Source: Candidatus Harrisonbacteria bacterium
Lineage (GTDB): Bacteria > Patescibacteriota > Minisyncoccia > UBA6257 > 1-14-0-10-40-38
Direction: 5' to 3'
DNA length: 64,000 nt
Assembly: GCA_023245035.1 (NCBI GenBank)
Contig: JAHFLD010000001.1
Span: 83,285-147,284, forward strand
Part shown: in pieces, positions 28,066 through 38,115 of the stretch
How the letters are laid out: each line of letters opens with the position of its first letter
Position numbering within the stretch: the stretch's first letter is position 1
Program-made: the position numbers and the translations under genes
The notes under the pieces: model-generated
The model's database searches: none
What the model saw: only the letters and a program-made list of their open reading frames with translations
Told to the model about the DNA's origin: nothing

Positions 28066-29235
28066 ATGGATCATAAAGTTGCGCGTATCGCGGTTTTTTC
28101 TTTGGCCTATCACCCTTTTGAAGGCGGTGCCGAAATTGCCGCGCGCGAGATCATGACCCGAAATCCAAGCTATGATTTTTGCCTCTTTACTCATCGCTTT
28201 GAATCCTCCTGGGCAACCGAGGAAACCACGGCGGGAATTCAAATCACTCGCCTTGGCCGTGGTCAAAGTCATAAAAGCTACTATGGGCGAACCTTGGAGA
28301 AATGGGGTTATATTTTCCGCGCTTGGCGAAAAGCCGAGCGAGAACATCGCCGTTCGCCCTTTTCTTTAGTTTGGGCGATTATGGCCTCCTATGGCGGTGC
28401 CGCCGCCTGGCTTTTTAAAATTCGCCATCCCAGTATTCCCTTTCTGCTTACCTTGCAAGAAGGAGATGCCGAATCCCATATTTTGCGCCGAGTTGGAATC
28501 TGGCACCCAATCTGGCGGTATATCTTTAAAACCGCCAACCAAATCCAGGCGATTAGTAAATTTCTGGCAGATTTTGCTCGCCGTGAGGGAGCGACTTGTC
28601 CCATTGAGATTATTCCCAACGGCGTGGCTCCCGAAGAGATTAAAATCAATCCGATTCAGGGAAAAAAAGAAAAAATCATTATTACCACCTCGCGCTTGGT
28701 TCACAAGAACGGCATTGATATCGCTCTGCGCGCGCTTGGTTTTCTAGAGAGAAGGGGAATTACCAAGTGGATTTTTTGGATTTTAGGACAAGGACCCGAA
28801 GAGAACGTCCTTATGAAACTGGCTCAGTCCGAGGGGGTAGGAGACAAGGCGATTTTCATGGGCACCGTGCCCCGCGAGACCATCCCCGGATACTTAAGCA
28901 AGGCCGATATTTTTATCCGCCCGTCGCGCTCCGAAGGATTGGGTAACTCATTTCTGGAGGCCATGGCCTCGGGCGTGCCGATTATTGGAACCCCAGTCGG
29001 AGGCATCGTTGATTTTTTGAAAGATGGCATCACCGGCTTGTGCGCCCAAACCGAAAATCCGGAAAGCGTCGCCGAAAAAATCCAGCTTCTCCTCGGGGAT
29101 CAGGCCTTAAGAAAACGCCTGGCCGAAAACGCGGCCAAATTGGTCGCCGAAAAATACACCTGGGATATTATCGCGGCCAGTATGAATGAACTCTTCAAAA
29201 AGTGTTTGGTGTTGTCGAAACAGAAACCAAGATGA
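28066..29235 (+). CDS. glycosyltransferase family 4 (GT-B)
   Basis: C-terminal motif SEGLGNSFLEAMASGVPIIGTPVGGIVDFLKDGITG. Diverges from the previous GT4 gene with only about 20 bp between the start codons. Confidence 0.85.
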   Translation: MDHKVARIAVFSLAYHPFEGGAEIAAREIMTRNPSYDFCLFTHRFESSWATEETTAGIQITRLGRGQSHKSYYGRTLEKWGYIFRAWRKAEREHRRSPFSLVWAIMASYGGAAAWLFKIRHPSIPFLLTLQEGDAESHILRRVGIWHPIWRYIFKTANQIQAISKFLADFARREGATCPIEIIPNGVAPEEIKINPIQGKKEKIIITTSRLVHKNGIDIALRALGFLERRGITKWIFWILGQGPEENVLMKLAQSEGVGDKAIFMGTVPRETIPGYLSKADIFIRPSRSEGLGNSFLEAMASGVPIIGTPVGGIVDFLKDGITGLCAQTENPESVAEKIQLLLGDQALRKRLAENAAKLVAEKYTWDIIAASMNELFKKCLVLSKQKPR

Positions 29236-29241
29236 AATTTG

Positions 29242-29853
29242 CTACTTTCGCGCCAAAACATAGAATCCGGCAGTTGTTGTTCTCTGTTTAGTTTTCAACA
29301 AAAGATCCAGACTTTGAGCGATAAAATTCAATAATGGTCGCATTCGGTGTTGGAACGGAACAAAAAAAGACAGGGCCAAAAAATATCCTCCGCGTTTCCG
29401 GACTTCGACCGAAGAAAAATCACGACATAACTCATTAATGGTATCATTGAAAAAACGCCAATAATCACCATAATGCCCGAGACGCGCGTGGTATGGATAT
29501 AGTGAAGGAACATAAAAGAAAAGAATCCCACCGGGTCGGAGAATTCGCTTGATTTCCGAAAAAGCCCGCAGTGGGTCGGGAATGTGCTCTAAAACCGAAC
29601 TGCACAAAATAGCGTCAGCCGAAGCATCTTCAAGCGGGATGTCGCTGACACTCCCTAGAATATCGGGGTGCGTTGTTGGGTCAGAGTCAAGTGTCCGATA
29701 AGTTTTTCCCTTAAAAAGAGCTTCATATGGCGCGAGCCACTTGGTAAATCTTTCGCCGCCGCCGACATCGATTATGTTTTTTTCTTGGGCCACTTGGCGG
29801 ACGGCATGTTCAATGAAGTTTTTTGAAGATTCTTGAGTGAGTGATAGTCTCAT
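29242..29853 (-). CDS. class I SAM-dependent methyltransferase
   Basis: Motif I (IIDVGGGE) and post-I/II features (ILCSSVLEHIPDPLRAFSEIKRILRPGGILFFYVPS). Confidence 0.8.
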   Translation of the reverse strand: MRLSLTQESSKNFIEHAVRQVAQEKNIIDVGGGERFTKWLAPYEALFKGKTYRTLDSDPTTHPDILGSVSDIPLEDASADAILCSSVLEHIPDPLRAFSEIKRILRPGGILFFYVPSLYPYHARLGHYGDYWRFFNDTINELCRDFSSVEVRKRGGYFLALSFFVPFQHRMRPLLNFIAQSLDLLLKTKQRTTTAGFYVLARK

Positions 29854-30026
29854 AAAATAGATTATGCTATTAAATTCTGACTTTAGTCAAAAATAGCGTG
29901 AGATATGATCTCAATAGGACTCGTAAAAACAAAAGCTAGTCTTTTGGTGACTTTTCTATAAATGTCCATAGTTCAACAGAATATCCATGGGTATCATCAA
30001 AGCCAAAATTTAGAATTAGAAAAGGC

Positions 30027-31217
30027 ATGAATAATTCACAACAAGAATCAGCAATGAGAATCTGCATGGTAACGACAATTTTCCCTCCGGCGCTCGGTGG
30101 GCCGGCCACGCAGTGTTTCAATCTCTGTACTGCCTTGCGTGATCGAGGGCTTGTCCCCGTCGTTGTTACTTATGGTGAACGCTTTACTCACATCAAGCCA
30201 AATGGCTATTCGGTTTACTCCTTTCGGGAAAGTTACGGATTTGGGCCAATAGATAGGTTATTGCGCTGGCTTATTTTCCCTTGGTATATCGGCGCCATTT
30301 TCCGTCGGGAAAAAATTGATATTCTCCACTGTCACAGCGTTAACATGCTATCGTTCATTGCGGCGATGGTGGGCAAAGCGATGGGCATTCCCCGAATAGT
30401 GAAATTCGCCGGCGATTGGGTTTGGGAAACTCTTTCAACGCGCAGAGTACGTGGCAAAAATTTCGCGGAAGTCTATAGATCATCTTGGTATAGTCGTTTC
30501 TTGGCGGTTTTAGAGAGAAGGGGAATTCGCCTTTTTGATTTAATCTGGGCGCCCTCAAAATCCCGGCGGAGAGAAGTCGAATTTTTAGTCGGTCAAGATC
30601 CGCCAAGTATAATTATTCCCAACTGCTTGCTTTTCCAAGATTCGCCCGGTACTAATCTGCGCGACCCAGAAAAAATTATTATTGTTTCAGCTAATCGCTT
30701 CATCCCTCACAAGCGGATACCTTGGATCGTGGAGCTATATGCCAAAATCAAAAGCCCCAAAACATGCTTAGTATTGATCGGTGACGGCACAGAAACTGCG
30801 GTGGTCAAAGAAACAATAGAGCGATACCGACTTGAAGATTCGGTAATCTGTACCGGCAGATTATCTTCAGAGGCAGTCTATGAACAATTCAAGAAAGCCT
30901 CCATATACATATCGGCCTCACTCGACGAAGGCTTGCCAAATGTTTTCATTGAAGCCATGCATTACGGCTTGCCGATCGTCACCACCAATGTCGGTGGCTC
31001 CGGGGAAATGGTCAAAAACGGGGAAAATGGCTTCGTTCTGCCGCCGGACAATCAAGAAGCATTCGTCAGCGCCGTGAGAAAACTAATTAACGACCCCGAT
31101 CTGCGTCTTGAAATGAGCATGGCCTCCACGGAGATCTCAAAAAACTACGATCTCCAAACACGAGTCGAAGAATTCATAGCTATGTACAAAAATCTGTCAG
31201 TGAAAAAAAGTGGATAA
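30027..31217 (+). CDS. glycosyltransferase family 4 (GT-B)
   Basis: LDEGLPNVFIEAMHYGLPIVTTNVGGSGEMVKNGENGFVL. An alternative start at the internal Met (MRICMVTT) is possible. Confidence 0.85.
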   Translation: MNNSQQESAMRICMVTTIFPPALGGPATQCFNLCTALRDRGLVPVVVTYGERFTHIKPNGYSVYSFRESYGFGPIDRLLRWLIFPWYIGAIFRREKIDILHCHSVNMLSFIAAMVGKAMGIPRIVKFAGDWVWETLSTRRVRGKNFAEVYRSSWYSRFLAVLERRGIRLFDLIWAPSKSRRREVEFLVGQDPPSIIIPNCLLFQDSPGTNLRDPEKIIIVSANRFIPHKRIPWIVELYAKIKSPKTCLVLIGDGTETAVVKETIERYRLEDSVICTGRLSSEAVYEQFKKASIYISASLDEGLPNVFIEAMHYGLPIVTTNVGGSGEMVKNGENGFVLPPDNQEAFVSAVRKLINDPDLRLEMSMASTEISKNYDLQTRVEEFIAMYKNLSVKKSG

Positions 31218-31248
31218 CGTCTCGGAATATATTTGCTACAATTAAGGT

Positions 31249-32583
31249 ATGTGGCTCAAGATCGTTTTTAAGATTTTGCTACTCCCGATAGTTTTGGGTA
31301 GTATGTTATCCACCTCTGCCGAAGCGGCCGTGCCCCTGATTGATCGTGGAATGGTTCCCGGCAACGGCGATCAGGAAACCGCCGGCGAGGTTAGTGTTTG
31401 GCAAGAATATTTGATCCAAGGCGGTTATCTTAAAATCAACCAGCCAACCGGAATTTTTGGCGGACTAACGGGCCTAGCAACCGAACTCTGGCAAAAAGAT
31501 CACGACATCACGCCAACTTCTCCGTCTGTCGGACCGCGCGTGCGGGCCAAATTAAAAGAACTCGCGGAAACCGCGGTTAAGTCGCCGACACCGATCCAAC
31601 CAACATCACAGGTCTCCTCCGTTATCGGGTCTCCGACGCTGACAGATGGTCAAATTGTCCCGCTGACGCCATGTTTTGAGCGCCGGGTTCCTGAAATCTA
31701 CGCCACTATTGGCGAGGCGATTCGCGCCGCCTGTGCCAATGATCTAGTCTTAATCGGACCCGGCACCTACGAAGAAAGTATTATTAACATCACCCAGCCA
31801 GTTGTCATTCTGGGAGTTCAAGGGCGGGACAAGACGATTATTCGCGCCACCCGCGGACCGGCCTTATTGATTTCAGCTCCGATTTCCGGGGTCGTAATTG
31901 ATGGTCTCACTCTAATTGGTGCCACCAATCAACCCGCTGCTCTCGTTAATGTATCGCCTCGTCTCCTTACGCCAACCATTGCCTTAACGATCAAAAATTC
32001 TTCCCTAAAGAATTCCGAAATCGGATTGAGTGTTAGCGCGCCTGCCGGCGAAGTTGATGTTGAACGGACCATCATCGCCGAGAATCGGACTGATGGCGTT
32101 TCCGACAACTTCGGCGGAATAATTACCTTGGTCAACAACACCATCGCGCAAAACGATACCGGATATTCTTTGCAGAACCTCGGTGGTCATCACGTTCTTA
32201 CCAATAACATCATTGTCCAAAACAAAACCGACGGAGTCGCGGTGAGTTATCTGGGCAAAGAAACCACTCTGGATATGAATTACAACAACGTCGCCAATAA
32301 CGATAAGAACAATTACTACACCTATCGCGACGCGGCGGTTTTTGTTCCGCGGGGTTTGGTCAATCTAAGTTATAACCCGGGGTTTGTGTCTCAAAATGAC
32401 TATCGCTTAATTTCAACTTCAAAACTTATTGATGCCGGCGATCCCAAAACTCCGCTCGACGAGGATGGGACTCGAGCGGATATTGGGGCCTTGGCTTTTG
32501 ATCAGCGCCAGCTAAAAAGTGGCGCCAGTCTCTTGGTGAGTGTCGGAAAACTTCTCTCGCCGATAATTAGTTGGATGTGGTAG
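31249..32583 (+). CDS. secreted protein with an N-terminal peptidoglycan-binding-like domain and a right-handed parallel beta-helix (PbH1) repeat region
   Basis: Signal peptide. A PG_binding_1-like segment (VSVWQEYLIQGGYLKINQPTGIFGGLTGLATELWQ). Repeated beta-helix rungs (TNNIIVQNKTDGVAV / NNTIAQNDTGYSL / ERTIIAENRTDGVS). Confidence 0.65.
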   Translation: MWLKIVFKILLLPIVLGSMLSTSAEAAVPLIDRGMVPGNGDQETAGEVSVWQEYLIQGGYLKINQPTGIFGGLTGLATELWQKDHDITPTSPSVGPRVRAKLKELAETAVKSPTPIQPTSQVSSVIGSPTLTDGQIVPLTPCFERRVPEIYATIGEAIRAACANDLVLIGPGTYEESIINITQPVVILGVQGRDKTIIRATRGPALLISAPISGVVIDGLTLIGATNQPAALVNVSPRLLTPTIALTIKNSSLKNSEIGLSVSAPAGEVDVERTIIAENRTDGVSDNFGGIITLVNNTIAQNDTGYSLQNLGGHHVLTNNIIVQNKTDGVAVSYLGKETTLDMNYNNVANNDKNNYYTYRDAAVFVPRGLVNLSYNPGFVSQNDYRLISTSKLIDAGDPKTPLDEDGTRADIGALAFDQRQLKSGASLLVSVGKLLSPIISWMW

Positions 32584-32603
32584 GAAGTTGATGTGATAAA
32601 AAC

Positions 32604-33731
32604 ATGAAAATTTTGATGCTGGGCACGGACAGCCGTGCCTTTGTTGCTGATTCGGAAACTTACCGGCGGTTTGCCGAATATTCCGAGTTGGGTCAGGAAT
32701 TGCACGGCCTAATATATGTCGGCCCAAAAAAAGATTTTGGCCTGGTTAAACCCGCCCCGAATGTCGTCTTGCATTCAATCGCTTGCGGCCGTCTAAACTA
32801 TTTTTTACGAGCCTATCGCGAAGCTGCAAAAATACTCTCCACTGACGCTTCTTCGGAGTGGGTCATTACCGCGCAGGATGTCTTTGAAACCGGGCTCGTG
32901 GCTACGGCGCTCGCCTGGCGCTTCAAGATCCCGCTCCAACTTCAGATTCATACTGACTTTTTAAGCCCATATTTCCGCCGTGAATCAATCAAAAACCGGA
33001 TCCGTGCCGGCTATGGAATTTTTTTGGCTCGTCGCGCGCGCGGTCTGCGCGTGGTAAGTTCTCGAATCAAAGATTCGCTGGTTAATCGCGGCATCGCCCC
33101 CGACAAAATCCATATTCTGCCGATTATGAGTCGGCGAACGGAATCCAAAACCAAAACATCTCCAGCGAATATTGCCGAATTACGCGGTAATCACGATTAC
33201 GTTTTTTTAATCGCCTCCCGTCTCTCGCGCGAAAAAAACATCAGTCTTGCCATTCGGGCTTTAAGTGCCGCGGTTTTTGAAAAAAATCCAGCAAAACGCA
33301 ACCCGCTTCTGTTGATAGTTGGCTCCGGTCCCGAAGAAGAAAATCTACGTGCTACCGCCTCTCATTACGGTCTTCAAAAACATTGCCGCTTTGCACCCTG
33401 GGTTGATGATTTAAGTCTCTACTACTCCGCCGCCGATGTTATGCTTTTGACCTCTAACTACGAAGGCTACGGCCGAACCATTATCGAAGCTCTGGAAGCC
33501 AATCGTCCGGTCATCGCAACCGACGTTGGCATCGCGCGTGAAAATATCGTAACTGGCGAGAATGGATATATTATCCCAGTGGGAGACGCTAAAGCGCTAA
33601 CCGAGGCCATGTTGCTCGCCTTTCATCGCAAAGCCCAATGGAAGATAGGGCGTGGCAAGCGCTATGAACCATTTGCCAGTCGCGCCGACTATCTGCTTCA
33701 ATATAAAAACAGCTTAAACGCGCTGTTCTGA
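32604..33731 (+). CDS. glycosyltransferase family 4 (GT-B)
   Basis: YEGYGRTIIEALEANRPVIATDVGIARENIVTGENGYII. Confidence 0.8.
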   Translation: MKILMLGTDSRAFVADSETYRRFAEYSELGQELHGLIYVGPKKDFGLVKPAPNVVLHSIACGRLNYFLRAYREAAKILSTDASSEWVITAQDVFETGLVATALAWRFKIPLQLQIHTDFLSPYFRRESIKNRIRAGYGIFLARRARGLRVVSSRIKDSLVNRGIAPDKIHILPIMSRRTESKTKTSPANIAELRGNHDYVFLIASRLSREKNISLAIRALSAAVFEKNPAKRNPLLLIVGSGPEEENLRATASHYGLQKHCRFAPWVDDLSLYYSAADVMLLTSNYEGYGRTIIEALEANRPVIATDVGIARENIVTGENGYIIPVGDAKALTEAMLLAFHRKAQWKIGRGKRYEPFASRADYLLQYKNSLNALF

Positions 33732-33738
33732 AAAAAAT

Positions 33739-34446
33739 ATGTCATTCAAAAAACTCTCTATCGTCATACCGGCCTATAACGAATCGGCTACCCTGCGCGA
33801 GATTATCGCCAAAGTTAAGGCGGTCCAACTTCCCGGCGGCTTAACCAAAGAGATAATTGTCGCCGACAATGGTTCGAGCGACGCCACGGAAGAACTGCTA
33901 AAAACCATACCCGACATCACGGTTCTGATTTTGCGCCCCAACCGTGGCAAAGGGGGAGCGGTCAAAGCCGGATTCGCGGCCGCGACCGGCGACTTGGTGA
34001 TTATCCAGGATGCTGACTTGGAATACGACCCCGAAGATTTTCCGGCTATGGTGCGCCCGATTCTTGATGGCAAGACCGAAGTCACGATCGGAGTTCGGAT
34101 TGAACCCGAACATGACGCGCGCAAGCACAAATCGCTCTACTGGGCGAGTTGGTTCGGCAATCACCTCATAACCTGGACGACCAATATTTTGTATCTCAAC
34201 AACGGCGGGGAATACGAAGGTTGCTACAAAGCCTTCACCAAAAAATTACTGGACCAGATTACCGTCAAAACTAACAATTTTGATTTTGATAACGAACTCG
34301 TCTGCAAAATCCTCAAGCAAGGATACAAAACCATAGACGTTCCCATCCGCTATTATCCCCGCAACTACGACGAAGGCAAAAAAATCAATTGGAAGCACGG
34401 CGTAAAAATCCTCTGGACGATTATCAAGTATCGCTTCGTGCGCTAA
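33739..34446 (+). CDS. glycosyltransferase family 2 (small soluble GT-A, DPM1/GtrB-like catalytic domain)
   Basis: LSIVIPAYNE, VADNGSSDAT and the DAD/DxD region (VIIQDADLEYDPEDF). 235 aa with no C-terminal TM segments. Confidence 0.8.
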   Translation: MSFKKLSIVIPAYNESATLREIIAKVKAVQLPGGLTKEIIVADNGSSDATEELLKTIPDITVLILRPNRGKGGAVKAGFAAATGDLVIIQDADLEYDPEDFPAMVRPILDGKTEVTIGVRIEPEHDARKHKSLYWASWFGNHLITWTTNILYLNNGGEYEGCYKAFTKKLLDQITVKTNNFDFDNELVCKILKQGYKTIDVPIRYYPRNYDEGKKINWKHGVKILWTIIKYRFVR

Positions 34447-34450
34447 ACTC

Positions 34451-35194
34451 ATGATTGTAAAAATTCTCGGCAGTGGCGGTTATCACCCGACCGAAACCCG
34501 GCACACGACCTGCGTTATGATTCCCGAATACGGCATCGTGCTTGATGCCGGCACCGCCTTCTTTAGGGTTGGAGAAAATCTGGCGACCGACCATCTGGCG
34601 GTGCTCTTATCTCACGCCCACCTGGACCACGTTACCGGATTGACTTACGTCTTTGATATTTTCCAAAATAATCTCCAGCAAAACAACATCAACGTCTATG
34701 GCCGCGCCGATCACCTTCAAGCCGTGGAGAAAACGCTCTTTTCCCAGCCATTTTTTTCGGCTAAGCCAAGCATGCTTTTCAATCCAGTTGTCGCTCAAAG
34801 GGAATTTTCTCTCAAAAATGGAATTCGCGTCTTGGCCAAAGAAAACAATCACCCCGGCGGCTCGCTGGGTTATCGTTTGACCTTTCCTAACGGCAAAATC
34901 GTCGTCTACCTGACCGATACCATTGCCTCGGAAGCCGATGTTGATTTCGCGCGCGATGCCGATCTTCTGCTCCACGAGTGTTATGCTAAAGAAAAGGAGC
35001 GGGATTTTGCGCTGGCGACTGGCCACAGTTGGCCAAGTTCGGTTTATGATCTTGCGGCAAAGGCTGGAGTAAAACAACTAGCCTTAATTCATCTAAACCC
35101 AAGCCACAATTTGCCCGATCCTTTCGGTGAAAAAGATTTGTCGGTTACAAAAAAACGAATCATCGCCAACGATAATTTAACTCTGTCAGTTTGA
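34451..35194 (+). CDS. MBL-fold metallo-hydrolase
   Basis: HxHxDH motif (LLSHAHLDHVTGL). Downstream His/Asp ligands. Confidence 0.75.
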   Translation: MIVKILGSGGYHPTETRHTTCVMIPEYGIVLDAGTAFFRVGENLATDHLAVLLSHAHLDHVTGLTYVFDIFQNNLQQNNINVYGRADHLQAVEKTLFSQPFFSAKPSMLFNPVVAQREFSLKNGIRVLAKENNHPGGSLGYRLTFPNGKIVVYLTDTIASEADVDFARDADLLLHECYAKEKERDFALATGHSWPSSVYDLAAKAGVKQLALIHLNPSHNLPDPFGEKDLSVTKKRIIANDNLTLSV

Positions 35195-35273
35195 CAAAAG
35201 AAGCCAGACAAATTAATATACAAGACGCGTTCGCACCTTAAAAACTAACTGATTTTTTAAGAAAGGAGAGGCA

Positions 35274-35912
35274 ATGAGTTTGAAGGCAATACTCATCGAC
35301 CTCGGCAATGTGCTTGTTTTCTTTGACCGACATAGGGTCGTCGAGCATTTCGCGTCCATCACCGGAATGTCGGCAGATGTGATAAATTTCCATCTAAACA
35401 AAAGCGCCGACGGTCAGGCAAGGCTAGCGGCCTTTGAAGAGGGCAGAATAGGACAAGACGAGTTTCAAACTTTGACGCAACGAGTGTTGGGGCAATCTTT
35501 TCCAATTAAACTTTTCTGGGCCATGCACGCCGATCTGTTTAGTGCCAACTATCCGGTTATCAACCTCTTGCATCGCGTTAGTTCTCTGTATCCGGATGTA
35601 AGACTTCTGGCAGTAACAAATACCGACGAAGTTCGCCTGGAGCGAATGCTCCTGCTCGCCGGAATACGTTTTCATGAAGTAATCGCCAGTTGCCATGTCG
35701 GCAGTAAAAAACCCGATCCAAGGATTTACCAAGCGGCGATCAAACGCGCCGGTGTCCCAGAACAAGACTGCCTCTTCGTTGATGATGTTCCGGAAAATTG
35801 CGTCGCCGCCGAAAAAAATTGCATTCCAAGTCACCATTACCAGACTCTCGCGGGTCTGGAGGGCGCCCTTGGCGAACGAGGACTAAATCTCAAAAAAGGA
35901 GAAAATTCGTGA
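35274..35912 (+). CDS. HAD-superfamily hydrolase (phosphatase-like)
   Basis: Motif I (ILIDLGNVL), motif III/IV (GSKKPDPRIY ... LFVDDVPEN). Confidence 0.7.
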   Translation: MSLKAILIDLGNVLVFFDRHRVVEHFASITGMSADVINFHLNKSADGQARLAAFEEGRIGQDEFQTLTQRVLGQSFPIKLFWAMHADLFSANYPVINLLHRVSSLYPDVRLLAVTNTDEVRLERMLLLAGIRFHEVIASCHVGSKKPDPRIYQAAIKRAGVPEQDCLFVDDVPENCVAAEKNCIPSHHYQTLAGLEGALGERGLNLKKGENS

Positions 35913-36304
35913 TTCGCTCTAAACGCTTTGAAAAAGGCAGCGCCATCGATCCTCTGGAGGGCGGTTGGGTCGCCGGTCACATGATTCCGGAGAGGTGTCT
36001 CACTGGAACTTCCGCTCTTGAAATTAAGCTGTGGAATTATCCCGAAGCGATAAACTACGGCAAAAAGGCCTTCGGTGGTACCGAGTTTGTCGTCATCTAT
36101 GGCGGCAAGATTCGCTTCTGGCTAGGGAAAGATGGCCAAAGAGAATTTGTGGATCTCGACGGCGAAAAACACGAATACATCGCTATCGCCCCCGGGGTCA
36201 TCAAGGAAGTTGAGGTGCTTGAATTTCCCGCCTTCGGCGTTACCATTCGTTGGCCATCGGCCCCGGGAATCAATCAAGTTATCTCACCACCCAAAGAAGT
36301 CTGA
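35909..36304 (+). CDS. small cupin-like protein (possibly a sugar isomerase/epimerase of the WxcM/FdtA type)
   Basis: GTG start overlaps the HAD gene stop (GTGA). AAGGAG lies 7 nt upstream. Beta-rich ~130 aa; the family assignment is tentative. Confidence 0.4.
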   Translation: MIRSKRFEKGSAIDPLEGGWVAGHMIPERCLTGTSALEIKLWNYPEAINYGKKAFGGTEFVVIYGGKIRFWLGKDGQREFVDLDGEKHEYIAIAPGVIKEVEVLEFPAFGVTIRWPSAPGINQVISPPKEV

Positions 36305-36309
36305 AGTTT

Positions 36310-36338
36310 AGGGATGCGCCAAGCATCCCTTTTTTATT
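36310..36338 (+). terminator. rho-independent terminator
   Basis: agggatgc gccaa gcatccct followed by ttttttatt, directly after the cupin-like gene. Confidence 0.55.
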
Positions 36339-36390
36339 ACCCCGGAAAACCTTATACTGCGGAGCGAGGTTATATCCAAAACGGCGCCAT

Positions 36391-37293
36391 ATGCAGAAAA
36401 TCAAGCCAAAACAAGTAACTAAGCTCATTATTCCGCTGGCCGGTTTCGGCACGCGCTTTCTGCCTGTTTCCAAAAATTATCCCAAGGAGATGATTAATTT
36501 GGTTGACCGGCCGGTGATTCAATATCTCGTGGAAGAGGCCCACGAATCCGGCATCAAAGAAATCATCTTTGTTCTCAACTACAGCAAAGACATTATCCCG
36601 CAATATTTTTCCAAGCACCAACATCCCCACCAAAAAAAAGCCTACCAAAATTCCTCTGCCGCCAAAGAAAATCTGGCGGAACTCGACGACCTGCTTTCTA
36701 AAATAAAATTTCATAAGATTAAAAAAACCACCACTCTCGGCGACGGACACTCTATTTTATTTGCCAAATCAAAAATCGGCGCGGGCGAACCATTCGCGGT
36801 AACCATGGGTGATCTGCTTTCGCCCCCCGGCAAACCCTTTCTTAAGCAATTGATTCAGGTTTACCAAAAAACCGGCGCGCCGGTTATTTCGGTGGAAAAG
36901 AAACCGAGACCAGAAGTCAACAAGTTTGGCGTCATCGCTCCCCAAAAAAGCGATGGCCGCCTGCATCTCGTCGGCGGTCTGGTGGAAAAACCCAAACCGG
37001 AAGAAGCTCCCAGCACCATGGTACTTACCGGTAAATATATTTTGACTCCCGCGATTTTTCGGGAAATTCAAAAAGTCATGAAAAATCCGGCAAGCGGCGA
37101 AGTGCGCCTGGCGGACGCCTTGGCATCTTACGCCAAAAACAACACGCTCTACGCCTATGAGTGCGAGGGCAAGATTCAGGATACCGGCAATAAGTTGGAT
37201 TTTTTGAAAGCTACCGTGGAATTTGCCGCCGCACATAAAGTTTTCGGCGCGGATTTCAAAAAATTCCTTCAGTCGTTTACGCGCGAAGTTTAG
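36391..37293 (+). CDS. galU: UTP--glucose-1-phosphate uridylyltransferase
   Basis: LIIPLAGFGTRFLPVSKNYPKEMINLVDRPVIQYLVEEA matches the GalU N-terminal signature. Start at the internal ATG of the 36250 ORF. Confidence 0.8.
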   Translation: MQKIKPKQVTKLIIPLAGFGTRFLPVSKNYPKEMINLVDRPVIQYLVEEAHESGIKEIIFVLNYSKDIIPQYFSKHQHPHQKKAYQNSSAAKENLAELDDLLSKIKFHKIKKTTTLGDGHSILFAKSKIGAGEPFAVTMGDLLSPPGKPFLKQLIQVYQKTGAPVISVEKKPRPEVNKFGVIAPQKSDGRLHLVGGLVEKPKPEEAPSTMVLTGKYILTPAIFREIQKVMKNPASGEVRLADALASYAKNNTLYAYECEGKIQDTGNKLDFLKATVEFAAAHKVFGADFKKFLQSFTREV

Positions 37294-37353
37294 CGGTTTA
37301 AAATAAGCGGCATCTTTGTTCGGTAATTTTATTTCCTTCAATCTTCAATCATT

Positions 37354-37962
37354 ATGCAGGGCCGAATCACCAAAATCCAAAAACTTTCGGGAAAGTTTCA
37401 CAACATCTTTCGTTTTACTCGGCGCACCGCCAAGGTAAAATTGCATAATGGCAAAGAGTATTCTCTAATCCGCCACGTTCTCGAAACCGGCCCGGCGGTC
37501 AGCGTCTTGCCCTACTTTTATGACGAGCAAAAAAAAATCTGGAACGTCGTTATGGTTCGCCAATATCGTCCGGCGGTAGACGCGGTTTGCCTGGAAGCTC
37601 CCGGCGGACTGACTCACGAAGGGAGCGATTTGAAGCGCGAAATGGCTCGTGAATTGCAAGAAGAGTCCGGCATCAAAATCACTCCGCGAGCGATTAAGGT
37701 TATCGGAAGCCAGCACCTAGCCAATTCTTTTTGCGATCAAGTGGTGCACCTTGGAATTGTTAAGCTCCCGCCAAAAATCATCGACCAGCTTCGGCGCAAA
37801 GAAAAAATCCACAATGGAGTCATCAGCGAGCGCGAATTTACCGAAGTCATCGTCTTACCTCTTGCCAAGGTTTTGAATAACCAAAAGTTAGTCACCTACA
37901 CCCTCGCCAAATATCAAGCGCTGGATCTCAAGCATCGTTTAGGTGATCTTCTTGAAGGCTAG
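37354..37962 (+). CDS. NUDIX hydrolase
   Basis: Nudix box (APGGLTHEGSDLKREMARELQEESGI). Confidence 0.75.
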   Translation: MQGRITKIQKLSGKFHNIFRFTRRTAKVKLHNGKEYSLIRHVLETGPAVSVLPYFYDEQKKIWNVVMVRQYRPAVDAVCLEAPGGLTHEGSDLKREMARELQEESGIKITPRAIKVIGSQHLANSFCDQVVHLGIVKLPPKIIDQLRRKEKIHNGVISEREFTEVIVLPLAKVLNNQKLVTYTLAKYQALDLKHRLGDLLEG

Positions 37963-38115
37963 GAATAAAGCTTCGCATTAGAAAACTTTTAAATACGAGG
38001 CGCGAGAGAGTACCGAGGGAGGCGTACATTAGTAGATGTACTCTGACCGAGGAACGGAGCTCGCAACAAAGTAGTTAAAGTTTTTAATGCGAAGAAGAGT
38101 ATAAAAAACCCCGAC

